Source: Fibrobacterota bacterium (GTDB lineage: Bacteria > Fibrobacterota > Fibrobacteria > UBA11236). From it: a stretch of 64,000 bases of DNA. The stretch lies in the NCBI GenBank assembly GCA_043753995.1, contig JAYUVP010000249.1, positions 32,001 through 96,000 of the forward strand. Direction: 5' to 3'. The position numbers and the translations under genes were made by a program. Under the pieces are notes generated by a model. That model saw nothing but the letters and a program-made list of their open reading frames with translations, ran no database searches and was not told where the DNA came from. Shown here piece by piece: positions 29,101 through 38,310 of the stretch; within the stretch, counting starts at the first letter, position 1; every line of letters starts with the position of its first letter.

Positions 29101-29280
29101 CAGGGTTTTGCCCGTGTCGAGTCCCTTAGGATAAAGCGAAACCTTCACGCTGTCGAATTTCCCCACCAGAGTGGAATCGAGCTGGAATTGCAATTCGGTT
29201 TTTTCCTTGGGATTGCTCAGGCAGGAAAATAGCCCGAGCAAGACAAAGCCGAGAAGCGAAAGGGAAAGCAGGGTTTTCAT
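26173..29280 (-). CDS. Lipoprotein with about 8 Ig-like (Big_2-type) repeats and three c-type cytochrome domains
   Basis: Lipobox LFS-C. Repeats with P..AT.K..L...G...VTV. CGKCH (28054-28068), CGKCH (27583-27597) and CLTCH (26371-26385), each followed by an MP motif. Confidence 0.85.
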   Translation of the reverse strand: MKTLLSLSLLGFVLLGLFSCLSNPKEKTELQFQLDSTLVGKFDSVKVSLYPKGLDTGKTLFSKTFVLKPGQSTVQFDLPENVSPNFSAVITGLKDNAVAFEKRFDYAEKGQKRDSAVVDVKARKDSVILADSVAHQDSLAQVDRARTRLTAEDLDCQAGDTVNARVTVRPDTAADKEYSLHAVDTLRAGTRGHAVLCRDTGKVTIEVRAHRDTARMSFSVTITEKVILLSSISVSNLGAKTGDTVTVTPTLEPDGATDKGVQLIVADTTKAKVLSGLRLVALAAGSTQVTVQANRGSAKATFSFSISDKSIAPTALDAVDTTGLLYDTLTPNIVFMPSNATEREFEIASDDTTRVRVVGKRLALRAEGSAQVTVTATAGGAKDTFTVTVRGPTFADIQPISKKWCGKCHSPTITFNLQDSAVLVGRGSKALARLSLPFGNTAHMPADTTMDKRDLDLMLLWLGRNVKTVLSLSAKDTAIALGDTITPRVVFLPNDATNKNYTLESDNSAAIKPVGNRLVAGVLGSAKITVRAEDGDKTATFTAMAVTPQFDAHVKPITTEKCGKCHSPTITFNLQDSSVFLIKGAESLRRLQLAKTDKDRMPAEGDLTPSQLGILLGWLNAHFVPLQNVTVAEDTVRLGDTKFPKVTFAPGDASNKGYSLVSFDTTVTTPTGIRIHGAYVGSANVGLTTEEGAKSKSFKVTVIPWPVDSLVGADTSFQVGDTVIPQVGAFPEEATSKSYTLTSLGLGVTVLPGGKVTASALGSVKIVATSVQNPTVKDTFTVVVGPVPVQSVSAANLSLFVGSTKAPTLSWTPSSATNKGYTLSLVSGTGATLVGTTQLSGTAAGNSVWRVTSTDGAKTANFNVTVGNVVATGIALTLPRLVVGTTVQSTAVFAPDSTTLKTYALTSSNPAVLKVVSSTQVQVLKMITGTTTITATATDGPIHALARNTVLPPFNSGVSTVLNTYCLTCHGPGKVNATAVCDSTTVADSLTRSKVYDRINRPFLSAGYMPASGVQLTPTELATLNAWFKWGTPPN
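27551..28068 (-). repeat. Intragenic duplicated heme-domain segment (CGKCHSPTITFNLQDS twice)
   Basis: Near-identical nucleotide stretches at 27551-27597 and 28022-28068. Confidence 0.85.
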
Positions 29281-30101
29281 TATTTCACCTTGGTCACGAC
29301 GGTCGTCGTTTGCGTGCCGGGATCGCTCATGAGCATAATGGTGGTGATGCCGACTAGAGTCACCGCAGCTGCACCTCCCGCCACCCACAGCCAGGTTTTA
29401 TTGCCTTTGCCGTCGCCGGAGGTCGCAGCGGCGTTACCCCCCGCCTGAGATGCCGGATCCGAGGTCTTGGCACCTGCCGACCCAATAACCGCATTAGCTC
29501 CCGTGTCAGGCCTCACCTCGATGAGATTACGCCCGGTCGAGTCAATGGGATAGCCGAAAGTCTTCAAGTTCTTGCGTACGCGCTCGCGCTCGGCCACGCT
29601 ATCGCTGTCGCTGGCGGTGCGATCATAACGCTTGCGCACCTCACGAAACATGTCCAGAATGGCATCACCCACTTCGAGGTCTTCCAAATCTTGGCGCGGA
29701 TCGAGCTTAAGCATTTGATACAGAAAAGATTCTGCCTTGCGACGCGTTCCCATGTCGGCGCCATACACCACACCGAGGTATTTATAGATGAAAATGCTGT
29801 CTTCCTTGTCGCGAATGCGGCGATCGCGGCGCATGTTTTCCAAAAGGGCGATGAGTTGATCGAAGTCGCCGCCATGATAAAGCTCTTCCACCGTTTTTTT
29901 ATCGAGCACGGCTGATTTTTTCAACTTGGTCGCCGAGGTTTTCGCGGGCGACGCAGCGGGGGTGGCCTTGGTCGTGTTCGTTGAGTTCGCGGTCGTAGTT
30001 GCGGGCGTGGCTTTTTCGGGTTGCGGCGTTGCCGACCATGAAGTCATGACCCCAAAAACCGTAAGCGCGAGAAACCCGGCCAAGGTGCTGAAAAACCTCA
30101 T
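29280..30101 (-). CDS. Secreted TPR-like protein with C-terminal membrane anchor (paralog of 32951-33619)
   Basis: Signal peptide, Thr/Ala/Pro linker, Y..GDF...DSIF..YLGVVY..D.GTR helical domain and WLWVAGGAAAV TM. TAATG-coupled to the downstream lipoprotein. Confidence 0.75.
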   Translation of the reverse strand: MRFFSTLAGFLALTVFGVMTSWSATPQPEKATPATTTANSTNTTKATPAASPAKTSATKLKKSAVLDKKTVEELYHGGDFDQLIALLENMRRDRRIRDKEDSIFIYKYLGVVYGADMGTRRKAESFLYQMLKLDPRQDLEDLEVGDAILDMFREVRKRYDRTASDSDSVAERERVRKNLKTFGYPIDSTGRNLIEVRPDTGANAVIGSAGAKTSDPASQAGGNAAATSGDGKGNKTWLWVAGGAAAVTLVGITTIMLMSDPGTQTTTVVTKVK

Positions 30102-30265
30102 GTGTACACCCCTTTTCACTACGCAAAGGTATCAAAGCGATTCGAACGGCTTCAAAGCATGATACACTTGCGGGGGTGGCTTCTGCCTCCCCCGGCTTGG
30201 CCCGCAAATATCTCCAAGCCCGGTCGGCCTCGCCTTCCCCACCGGCGACCTACCTTTGCCTGCCT

Positions 30266-32833
30266 ATGTTCTCGCCAAATTCAAATGCGAAGCCCCGCCC
30301 CGAAGTGCTGGCTCCCGTCGCCAGCATGGAAATGGCTCAGGCCGCGGTGCAAAACGGCGCGAATGCCATCTATGTGGGCTTTCCCGGTTTCAATGCGCGG
30401 GGCCGCACGCCGGATTTGGATCCCACGGCTTATGCGGAATTGGCCCAGCTCTGCCGCTTTCACGGGGTCAAGGTTTATGTGGCCCTCAATGTGCTCGTTT
30501 TTGAAGACGAGCTCGCCTCCCTCCTCGACACGGCCCGCACCCTCATCGCCTTGGGCATCGATGCCTTCATCGTGCAGGATTTGGGGGTCGCGCGCCTGTT
30601 ACGTCGCCTGCATCCGGGCGTGCGCTTGCATGCTTCGACGCAAATGACGGTGACGGCTCCCGAGGCGGTGGCCTTGACCGAGGATTTGCATCTGGCGCGA
30701 TATGTCCTAGCGCGCGAGCTTTCCCTGCAAGACATCGAAGCGGTGCGCCTTGGCACCGATAAAGAGCTGGAAGTCTTCGTGCACGGGGCCTTATGCGTTT
30801 CCTATTCCGGGCAATGCCTCACTTCCGAAAGCTTCGGAGGACGGTCGGCCAATCGCGGCCAATGCGCGCAAAGCTGCCGGCTCGACTATGATTTGCTCGT
30901 CGACGGAGAAAAGCGAGATTTAGGCGAGAAGCGCTACTTGGTTTCCCCGCAAGATCTCTGCGGCCTCGACGAAGTGCCGGCTCTCGCCGAATTGGGTGTG
31001 AATAGCCTCAAAATCGAAGGCCGCCTCAAGACTCCCGCTTATGTGGCCGCCGCCTCCAAAGCCTATCAAGAGGCCGTGCAGCGGGCCATGCCTGCGAAGA
31101 GCGAGGACGGCATTCCCACCGTCGATGCCTTGTCCGCCAAGGAAGCTCGGCGTGATTTGGCCGTTACTTATTCGCGCGGCTTTTTCTCAGGTTGGCTTCA
31201 CGGCGTGGATCATCAAGCCTTGGTACCCGCTACCTTCAGCCATCATCGCGGCCTAGCCCTGGGGCCGGTGCTTCGGCGCGAAGGCGATGCCGTGCTGGTG
31301 GCCGGGCCGCGCCGGCCGCAGCGTGGCGATGGCGTTTTATTCGTGGCCACCGAAGGCATGCCTTCGGATGACGGCGTGGCGGGCCGGGTTTATGAGGTCG
31401 AGTTCGCCCGCGAGGGGAATTGGCTGCGCTTCGACCGTAACTTACCCGTGACGCGCATCGAGGCCGGCTGGGTAGCCTATCTCAATGATTCTCCGGCCTT
31501 AGAGCATGATCTTACCGCCTCCTGGCGGGATCGCGAAACCCAGACCCGAGTCCCAGTCATTGCCGCCGTGCAAGCCATTCCCGGCGAGCCCTTGCGCCTC
31601 ACTCTCGACGATGGTCTCCGGCAAGTGACGGTGACGGGCGAGGAACCCCTCCTGCCCGCGCGCAATGCCCCGCTCGATGCCGGGCAATTAAACGAAGAGC
31701 TGGAGCGCATGCAAGGCGAGGGCTTTCAGCTCGAAAGCCTCGACGCCCACATCGCCGGGCCCGTTTTCCTGCACGGCAAGGCCTTGCGCAAATTGCGCCA
31801 AGCCGCTGTCGCCGAATTAAAAGCGGCACGATCCCTGGCCGCTCCTGTGGCGCTGGCCGAGGACGCGGCCGTGCTGTCCTGGATGGAAGAACAAGCTGCC
31901 GAATTGCGTTCGTCGGCTTCCCTGCCTGCCTACGCCTCCGAGCCTGCACCCACCGCGGCCCCCCGCCTTCATGTGTTGCTGCGCGAAATCGCCCAGGTCG
32001 AAGCCCTGACGCGCTTGGCGGAGAGCGGCGTGCATACGGTTTATCTCGATTTCGAATATGGGCGCGACTATAAACCCGCCCTCGAAGCCTTGCGCGGCGC
32101 GGGAATTCGAGCGGCCTTGGCCACCACGCGCATCATGAAGCCGCTGGAAAAGCACAATCTCACCGTCATCGAAAAACTGCGCCCTGACGCTGTGCTAGTG
32201 CGCAACTTGGCAGCCTTGCAGGCCCTGCGTGCCACGGGACTACCCCTGATCGGCGACTTCAGCCTCAATGCCGCCAATAGCCTCACCTCGGGGTATTTGC
32301 TCGGCAAGGGTTTGCATCGATTGACGCCGAGCTACGATCTCAATCAGGCCCAATTGCTGGACTTGATCGGCGCGGCGGGGGGACGTCACTTCGAAGTGAC
32401 GGTGCATCAATTCTTGCCCGCCTTTCACATGGAGCATTGCGTTTTCGCGGCCTTCCTGAGCCAGGGGCATAGCTTTCGCGATTGCGGCAAGCCTTGCGAA
32501 CGCCATCGCCTGGCTTTGCGCGATCATACCGGCGCCGAGCACCCCGTCAAGGCCGATCAAGAATGCCGCAATACCATGTTTCATGGCCAACCGCAATCGA
32601 GCGCGCGCCTGGTGCCCCAGCTTTTGGCTGCCGGCGTGCGCGACTACCGCGTGGAATTGCTATGGGAAGGACCGGCCGAAATGGTACGGACCCTGGGGCT
32701 TTATCGCGACCTGCTGACCTCGGCTCGACCCGCCGCCGAGGTTTACGCCGAATTGCGCGTGGGCGAGCGCTATGGCGTGAGTGAAGGTCAATTACACCAA
32801 ACTTCGGTATGGAAAGACCGGAAAAAGAAATAG
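30266..32833 (+). CDS. U32 family protein with DUF3656, RlhA-like (23S rRNA ho5C2501 hydroxylation)
   Basis: EVLAP, HASTQM, HGALCVSYSGQC, RSANRGQCAQSCR and LKIEGR, with a long C-terminal extension containing MEHC/CGKPC. Confidence 0.88.
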   Translation: MFSPNSNAKPRPEVLAPVASMEMAQAAVQNGANAIYVGFPGFNARGRTPDLDPTAYAELAQLCRFHGVKVYVALNVLVFEDELASLLDTARTLIALGIDAFIVQDLGVARLLRRLHPGVRLHASTQMTVTAPEAVALTEDLHLARYVLARELSLQDIEAVRLGTDKELEVFVHGALCVSYSGQCLTSESFGGRSANRGQCAQSCRLDYDLLVDGEKRDLGEKRYLVSPQDLCGLDEVPALAELGVNSLKIEGRLKTPAYVAAASKAYQEAVQRAMPAKSEDGIPTVDALSAKEARRDLAVTYSRGFFSGWLHGVDHQALVPATFSHHRGLALGPVLRREGDAVLVAGPRRPQRGDGVLFVATEGMPSDDGVAGRVYEVEFAREGNWLRFDRNLPVTRIEAGWVAYLNDSPALEHDLTASWRDRETQTRVPVIAAVQAIPGEPLRLTLDDGLRQVTVTGEEPLLPARNAPLDAGQLNEELERMQGEGFQLESLDAHIAGPVFLHGKALRKLRQAAVAELKAARSLAAPVALAEDAAVLSWMEEQAAELRSSASLPAYASEPAPTAAPRLHVLLREIAQVEALTRLAESGVHTVYLDFEYGRDYKPALEALRGAGIRAALATTRIMKPLEKHNLTVIEKLRPDAVLVRNLAALQALRATGLPLIGDFSLNAANSLTSGYLLGKGLHRLTPSYDLNQAQLLDLIGAAGGRHFEVTVHQFLPAFHMEHCVFAAFLSQGHSFRDCGKPCERHRLALRDHTGAEHPVKADQECRNTMFHGQPQSSARLVPQLLAAGVRDYRVELLWEGPAEMVRTLGLYRDLLTSARPAAEVYAELRVGERYGVSEGQLHQTSVWKDRKKK

Positions 32834-32950
32834 CGGGAAGGAGATCACCTTTTTTCTTCTCAAATGTCAAAAGGGGATGTCCGTGTACACCCCGCAAATC
32901 GGCCCGAAATGGCTATCTCCAGGGCCTCGCCTTAGGTGGAGACTTAATAC

Positions 32951-33619
32951 ATGTCTAGTCCTATTTCCCCCGTTTCTGTCCTGCTCTTTGCCCTTGGCTT
33001 GCCCGTATTCGGTGCAGCTCCCCAGCCATCCTCGGCGACGACTTCGGCACCGATGGCGAAAACCACCTCGTCCCCGAGTGTCTTAGATACCGCGGTGATT
33101 CATGGCGCCTATGCCGACGGCGATTTCGAAAAGGTGACGAGTTCGCTAGAGCCCATACTCGCCGCGAAAACCGTTTTGCCCAAGGCCGACAGCATTTTTC
33201 TTTTTCGCCACCTGGGCGTGATTTATGCCAAAGACCCAGGCACGCGCGAAAAGGGGAAATACTGCTTTCGCAAATTGCTCGATGTCGATCCGCAAGCGCA
33301 AATTCTCGATCTCTATGCCACCGATGAGATCTATCAGGTCTTTCGCACCGTCCAGGCCGAATGGGACTTGTCTCATCCCAATGCCCAAAATCAAGCCGCC
33401 TCCTCCTCCAATCGCGTCTCCGCCGCTCCTGCTCCAGTCATGGAGCCCGCCGCTCCCCCTGCGGCCAAGCCCGCGAAGACGCAATCCTGGAAACGCTATG
33501 CCGCCGTGGGCGGAGCCGTTGCTGTCACCGCCGGGTTAACCACCTGGTATTTGCTTTCTTCCCAAAAAGCCGACAACAAAACCGTGACTGTGGAAGTCGA
33601 TCCCGCCCAGCCGAAATGA
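32951..33619 (+). CDS. Secreted TPR-like protein with C-terminal membrane anchor (paralog of 29280-30101)
   Basis: Signal peptide; VLD...Y.DGDF...DSIF..HLGVIY..DPGTR...LL..DP; C-terminal TM AVGGAVAVTAG. Confidence 0.75.
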   Translation: MSSPISPVSVLLFALGLPVFGAAPQPSSATTSAPMAKTTSSPSVLDTAVIHGAYADGDFEKVTSSLEPILAAKTVLPKADSIFLFRHLGVIYAKDPGTREKGKYCFRKLLDVDPQAQILDLYATDEIYQVFRTVQAEWDLSHPNAQNQAASSSNRVSAAPAPVMEPAAPPAAKPAKTQSWKRYAAVGGAVAVTAGLTTWYLLSSQKADNKTVTVEVDPAQPK

Positions 33620-36600
33620 ATAACATGAAAAAACTCTGTTTGCCCCAGTTTTTACGCCGCGCTGGCCTGCTCACGGGCATGGCTTTCGGTTTTGCCTTGC
33701 TGGCTTCTTTCGCCTTATTGCCCACCGCCTGCACCAGCACCGAGGGTGGCACTGATTTCGAAATTGCCTATGTCGATCGAGATAATCTCACGTCTTTCGA
33801 CTCCATTGTCGTGCTTCTCAATAAGGAGGGCTCCGAAAAGCCGGACACCCTTTTCAAGGGCAAGCTCACCGACAGCACGGTCTTGCGTCACTTGAAAGTT
33901 CCTGGTAACTTGCAAGGTACGGTGACTATTTCCGTGCAGGGCTTCAATCATGGCGAACTCGCCTTGGAACGCCATACCACGGTCGACGCGGACAAGCAAA
34001 CCGTCGCCGGCACCGATTTGAAGCACAGCTCCCAAGGTCGCATTCGCTTCGCCGAACCTTCCCTGAAAATGAAAATCGGCGATACCGCTGCCATTCCAGC
34101 ATTGGATATCGAGCCCTCCGAATGGAAAGACAAGGAAGTCACCTTCAGCTTTCAGGAAATCAAGGTGCTCGCTCTCATCGCCAAGAACAAGCTCGTGGGT
34201 TTAGCCCGCGGATCGGCGCGCGTGGTGGCCACCCTCGTCGGCGATAGCACCGTCACCGACACCCTTTTCGTGCAAGTCGTTGATCCCGAGGCCGATAAAA
34301 TCACCGTCCGCGTCTCGCCTGACACCTTGCGTCTCACCGCATTGGGCGCCTCGCTTTCCCTCAATGCCGAAACAACGCCTCTCTACTCGCCTCTCACCTG
34401 GAGTAGCGCCGATGATACTGTGGCCACCGTCGATGCCAATGGCTTGGTGCGTGGTTTGAAGGTCGGCAAGACTTGGGTTCGTGCCCGTTCTACTACCGAC
34501 AGCTCCGGCGCGGACTCGTCTTGGGTCGTCGTATCGGGAGCCGTGCCAGTGGAAAGTGTCCGTTTCGCCCGCTCCACCCTCAGCTTATTCGAGGGCGGCG
34601 CGGCCGACAGCGTCAGCGTTCAAGTGCTCCCGACCGACGCCAATCCCGCGACTGGCCTGCGTCTCATCGGCAAGGCCGTGACGCTCAATGGCCGCCGCTT
34701 CATTCCCGTCGATACGGGATCCGCCATCGCCATCGCTTATTCCCTGGTGGACACGACCAAGACCGACACCTTGCGCATCAGCGTGAAGCAAGCCTTGACC
34801 ATTCAATCCTTCCGGATTAAGCCGGACACCTTGCGTCTCTATCTCGGCGGGCCGGATAGCGCTTTCTCCATAGTTGTCGATCCTGCCTCGGCGGGCCTGG
34901 ACGCGGTATGGCATTTGGCCAAGCTTGGCATTGCCAGAGTTTCCGATTCTGGCTTGGTGAAAGCCATTGGCGAAGGCCAGGTTTTAGTCTTGGCCCAAGC
35001 CCTCGCCGACAGTAGCAAGCGCGATACCTCCCTGATTCAAGTCGTGCGCGATATGCCCAAGCTCTCCGTGGGCAATGCCGTGGTGGCCAGCCCGGAATCC
35101 ACGATCGATTTCGTGCCCAAGGTCGAGCAAGAATTCGGCGGGGTGACTCGGTTCTGGTGGGATCTCGATGGCAATGGCACTTGGGACGACAGCAGCGATG
35201 GCCTTAAAAACCTGAGCCGCAAATATGACGCCGTTGGCGAAACCACGACGCATTTCAAGGTGCGCGATGCCGAAGGCAATGAGGGAATGGCCGATCGCAA
35301 GGTGACCATTACCAAGGGGCCCCATGTAGTCATCCTGGTTCCTCCGGACGGCTTTGTCACCAATAAGAAAACCGTCGAGGTGAATTGGGAAGTCGACCAT
35401 GTCAAGCAAGACAAGCAAACTCAAGAGCAATTGACCCAAGAGGGCCCCAAGACTTTGGTGCGCTCCGCCAAGGATGCCAATGGCAATGAAACCGTCATTT
35501 CCATCACGGTATTTCTTGATACCAAGGCGCCCGAGCGACCCCTGGTGAGTTCGGTGTCGCCCACCAATAGCAAAACGCCGAACTTCAGCTGGCGCAGCGG
35601 CGGCGGAAAAGGTGCCGGACTCTATCGGTATCAAATCGACGCTGAACCCGGCGCGAACCAAAGCGAAACCGGCGACACCACCTTGACCTGGCCCGCCGAT
35701 TTGAATGCGGGCAGCCACACCTTGTTTGTACAGGAGCGCGACACAGCGGGCAATTGGTCGGCTAGCGGCAGCGCCAAGGTCATCATCGACTTGACCGCCC
35801 CGCCAGCGCCGACGGTAAGTGCCGTCAGCGGCCCGAATAGCACGAATCTCCAGGTGACCTTTGTCTGGAAAGGCGCCGAGGAAGGTGCCCTGCGCTATCG
35901 CTATCAAATCGATAAGGAAAAATTCGAAGGCGGTGCCGTCGAGGTAGGGGACACCACGGTGACGGTGATCTTGACCGAGGGGCATCATGCCTTTTATTTG
36001 CAGCAGCTCGACAGCGCCGGCAATGCTTCGACGCCGGGCAAGGCTTCGGTGAATGTGGATGTGACGGCCCCCAATAAGCCTTCCCTGCGTTCGCTCACGG
36101 GCGTCTGGTCCACGAATGGCAAACCCACTTGGATTTGGAAAACGGGTGGCGGCGCCGGCAATGGCAAATTCCGCACTCGCCTCGACACCGCCGACTTGAG
36201 CGCTAAGAGCTTTTTCACGGATACGTCCTTCACCCCCGCAGCTGCCATCGGCGAAGGCCCGCATCGACTCTTCGTGCAAGAAATGGACAGCGTGGGCAAT
36301 GTCTCACCTGCCGAATCTCTCACCATCACCGTGGACACCCAGGGGCCTTCAGCTCCGATTTGCCTTGAGCCCGCCGACAATGCCTGGGTCAATACGCAAA
36401 AGCCGACCTGGAAATGGAAAGGCGGCGGGGGCGGTGACGGACGTTATTATGCCTTCATCGCGGCAGCTTATACTCCTGACACCTCGACCCGGGTCACTGA
36501 CACCACCCTTACTCCGCCGGCCAATCTCCCCGAAGGCCAAAAAATTCTCGGAGTGAAGGCCTATGATGCCGCAGGCAATGTCTCGCCCCTTACTACTTGC

Positions 36601-38229
36601 CGCGTTCGCATCGACGTGACGCCGCCCGGCACACCCGTGAGCGATACCAGCAATCACTTTTATGTCACTTCCGTGTTACCTACGCGGAAATGGTCCCGCG
36701 TTGGCGGCGGCTCGGGCATGTATCGCTTCAAGCCCGATGATTCCACCTTGACTTCCGGCGCTACTTCCTTGGTCGGCCCAGGAAGCTGGACGGCACCTGC
36801 ACCGCTTCCAGAAGGCAATCACTTCCTCGGCGTGCAAGAAATCGACAGCGCAGGCAATGTGTCGGCGCCGCTTTTCATGCCATTCAAAATCGACACCACG
36901 GCTCCTGCCGCACCGGTCATCACCCAAGTGCAACCCGGTCCGTCTATCGGTTGCCCAAGCACGGTCGCTACGATCTGGAGCTACACAGTTGCGGCGGATG
37001 CCAAAACCAATTATTACCAAATCGACTCGGCTGCCTTGCCCAGCCCGGTAGCTTCTCCGGTGAGCATCACCAGCTATCAAATACCGACAAGCCCGTGCAT
37101 TGCTGAAGGAGCACATTCCTTTAATATTCGCACGGTCGACAGTGCCGGTTTGCAGTCGCCCATAGCCTCTTCGACAACGCGCTTCATCACTAGGCAAGAA
37201 GCGACGGGGTTAACAGGAACGAGTGCCACCGGGCTGAATCTGGGTGTTTATAAGACGCTCTATTATTTGGGATACATCCGCAGTGGCGTAGTCAACGTGC
37301 TCACCGGAAAAGAAGTGGGCGAGATCCCGCTAAATTCAGGCACTTTGTCCACCCTTGTCAATCCGAATTATTTGCGCATGGCCGTAGGCCCCGGTGGAGA
37401 GCTCGGCATCCTCGACGGCATTCAAACCTCGGAAGGCACGGGCAAGGATTATGAATTGCATGTTCTCCTTCCCAGTGGAGAAAATATTACCGTGGGCCTG
37501 CCCCGATGGCTGACCCTTCCCACCTGGTTCGCTTTGGATTTCAATGCCAAGGGTGATTTGTTTTTAGCCTACAATGACCTCGATAATGAGGGGCGACTTT
37601 CGATTTGCATGGCAGTAAATCCCACAGGAGGAAAATCCACTTGCGTGGAACAGGTCCAGGGCATCAGTTCGCCCGGTGCCAAGCACATATTCATGACGGC
37701 GCGTCCCGCCGTTTTGGTCACCCTCGTGACTGCCGAGGGTTACCCTGAGGTTTATGGCCAGACCTCGGTGGAAGAAACAAAATCTTATCCCCAAGTCATC
37801 ACCGGATTGGAAAAAACCCCCATCAATCACTTCGGCTTGGGCGTGGTGAAAAGCACGGCTTCCATCATGAACTTCTCGCCCACTGGTAGTCCGTTTTTTC
37901 AGGCCATCACCTTTAGGAATCTCACCGGCTGGACCGCAGGCAAGGTGCAAAGCACACCCGCTGCATTGGGCTCGGGCATGGGCGTCATGGATGTGGATCC
38001 CAGCGGCCGACCCTATGTCGTCATGGGGGGCAAAATGTGGGGTTATTCGGGCGGCAACTGGTATTCGGTTTCCACCAATGGCCATGATTTCTCCGCCACA
38101 CCCATGCTGGATTTGAAAGTGCGCGACGACGGCACGCCGCTGCTTTTCTATTCCACGGGCAATGCGGGCAAGCTCAATACCAATCTCTTACGCACCGGCT
38201 TTGAATTGCCAGCCACCCAGGCGAGGTGA
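33616..38229 (+). CDS. Large surface lipoprotein/adhesin with Big_2, PKD-like and repeated Ig-like domains and a C-terminal beta-rich domain
   Basis: Lipobox PTA-C; TWSSAD..VATVD..G; WDLDGNG (PKD); repeated EG.H...V.E.DSAGN.S...DTTAP units. ATGA overlap with the upstream gene. Confidence 0.85.
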   Translation: MNNMKKLCLPQFLRRAGLLTGMAFGFALLASFALLPTACTSTEGGTDFEIAYVDRDNLTSFDSIVVLLNKEGSEKPDTLFKGKLTDSTVLRHLKVPGNLQGTVTISVQGFNHGELALERHTTVDADKQTVAGTDLKHSSQGRIRFAEPSLKMKIGDTAAIPALDIEPSEWKDKEVTFSFQEIKVLALIAKNKLVGLARGSARVVATLVGDSTVTDTLFVQVVDPEADKITVRVSPDTLRLTALGASLSLNAETTPLYSPLTWSSADDTVATVDANGLVRGLKVGKTWVRARSTTDSSGADSSWVVVSGAVPVESVRFARSTLSLFEGGAADSVSVQVLPTDANPATGLRLIGKAVTLNGRRFIPVDTGSAIAIAYSLVDTTKTDTLRISVKQALTIQSFRIKPDTLRLYLGGPDSAFSIVVDPASAGLDAVWHLAKLGIARVSDSGLVKAIGEGQVLVLAQALADSSKRDTSLIQVVRDMPKLSVGNAVVASPESTIDFVPKVEQEFGGVTRFWWDLDGNGTWDDSSDGLKNLSRKYDAVGETTTHFKVRDAEGNEGMADRKVTITKGPHVVILVPPDGFVTNKKTVEVNWEVDHVKQDKQTQEQLTQEGPKTLVRSAKDANGNETVISITVFLDTKAPERPLVSSVSPTNSKTPNFSWRSGGGKGAGLYRYQIDAEPGANQSETGDTTLTWPADLNAGSHTLFVQERDTAGNWSASGSAKVIIDLTAPPAPTVSAVSGPNSTNLQVTFVWKGAEEGALRYRYQIDKEKFEGGAVEVGDTTVTVILTEGHHAFYLQQLDSAGNASTPGKASVNVDVTAPNKPSLRSLTGVWSTNGKPTWIWKTGGGAGNGKFRTRLDTADLSAKSFFTDTSFTPAAAIGEGPHRLFVQEMDSVGNVSPAESLTITVDTQGPSAPICLEPADNAWVNTQKPTWKWKGGGGGDGRYYAFIAAAYTPDTSTRVTDTTLTPPANLPEGQKILGVKAYDAAGNVSPLTTCRVRIDVTPPGTPVSDTSNHFYVTSVLPTRKWSRVGGGSGMYRFKPDDSTLTSGATSLVGPGSWTAPAPLPEGNHFLGVQEIDSAGNVSAPLFMPFKIDTTAPAAPVITQVQPGPSIGCPSTVATIWSYTVAADAKTNYYQIDSAALPSPVASPVSITSYQIPTSPCIAEGAHSFNIRTVDSAGLQSPIASSTTRFITRQEATGLTGTSATGLNLGVYKTLYYLGYIRSGVVNVLTGKEVGEIPLNSGTLSTLVNPNYLRMAVGPGGELGILDGIQTSEGTGKDYELHVLLPSGENITVGLPRWLTLPTWFALDFNAKGDLFLAYNDLDNEGRLSICMAVNPTGGKSTCVEQVQGISSPGAKHIFMTARPAVLVTLVTAEGYPEVYGQTSVEETKSYPQVITGLEKTPINHFGLGVVKSTASIMNFSPTGSPFFQAITFRNLTGWTAGKVQSTPAALGSGMGVMDVDPSGRPYVVMGGKMWGYSGGNWYSVSTNGHDFSATPMLDLKVRDDGTPLLFYSTGNAGKLNTNLLRTGFELPATQAR

Positions 38230-38310
38230 TTCTCATAAACCACCGACCTCTTATTTAGAGGCCCGGCGGCTGCCTTCAACCTGCCGCAAGGGAATTACTT
38301 TAAGCTCTCT

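Noticed and set aside
26173..29280. OmcS/MtrC-like nanowire assignment
   Set aside because: Only three widely spaced hemes with Met-type distal motifs, not a stacked multiheme pattern.
30266..32833. U32 protein as a collagenase, or as the modifier of the nearby tRNA-Arg(UCG)
   Set aside because: Length and the DUF3656-like region fit RlhA-type rRNA hydroxylation better; no sequence evidence links it to the tRNA.
33361..33615. Long N-terminal extensions in the ORF track (also 29281-29388, 5207-5395, 59772-59978, 63354-63506)
   Set aside because: They overlap neighbouring real genes; signal peptides and coupled stop/start codons indicate the shorter starts.
34984..36279. 431-aa antisense ORF within the large lipoprotein
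   Set aside because: Antisense shadow caused by codon bias; no motifs.
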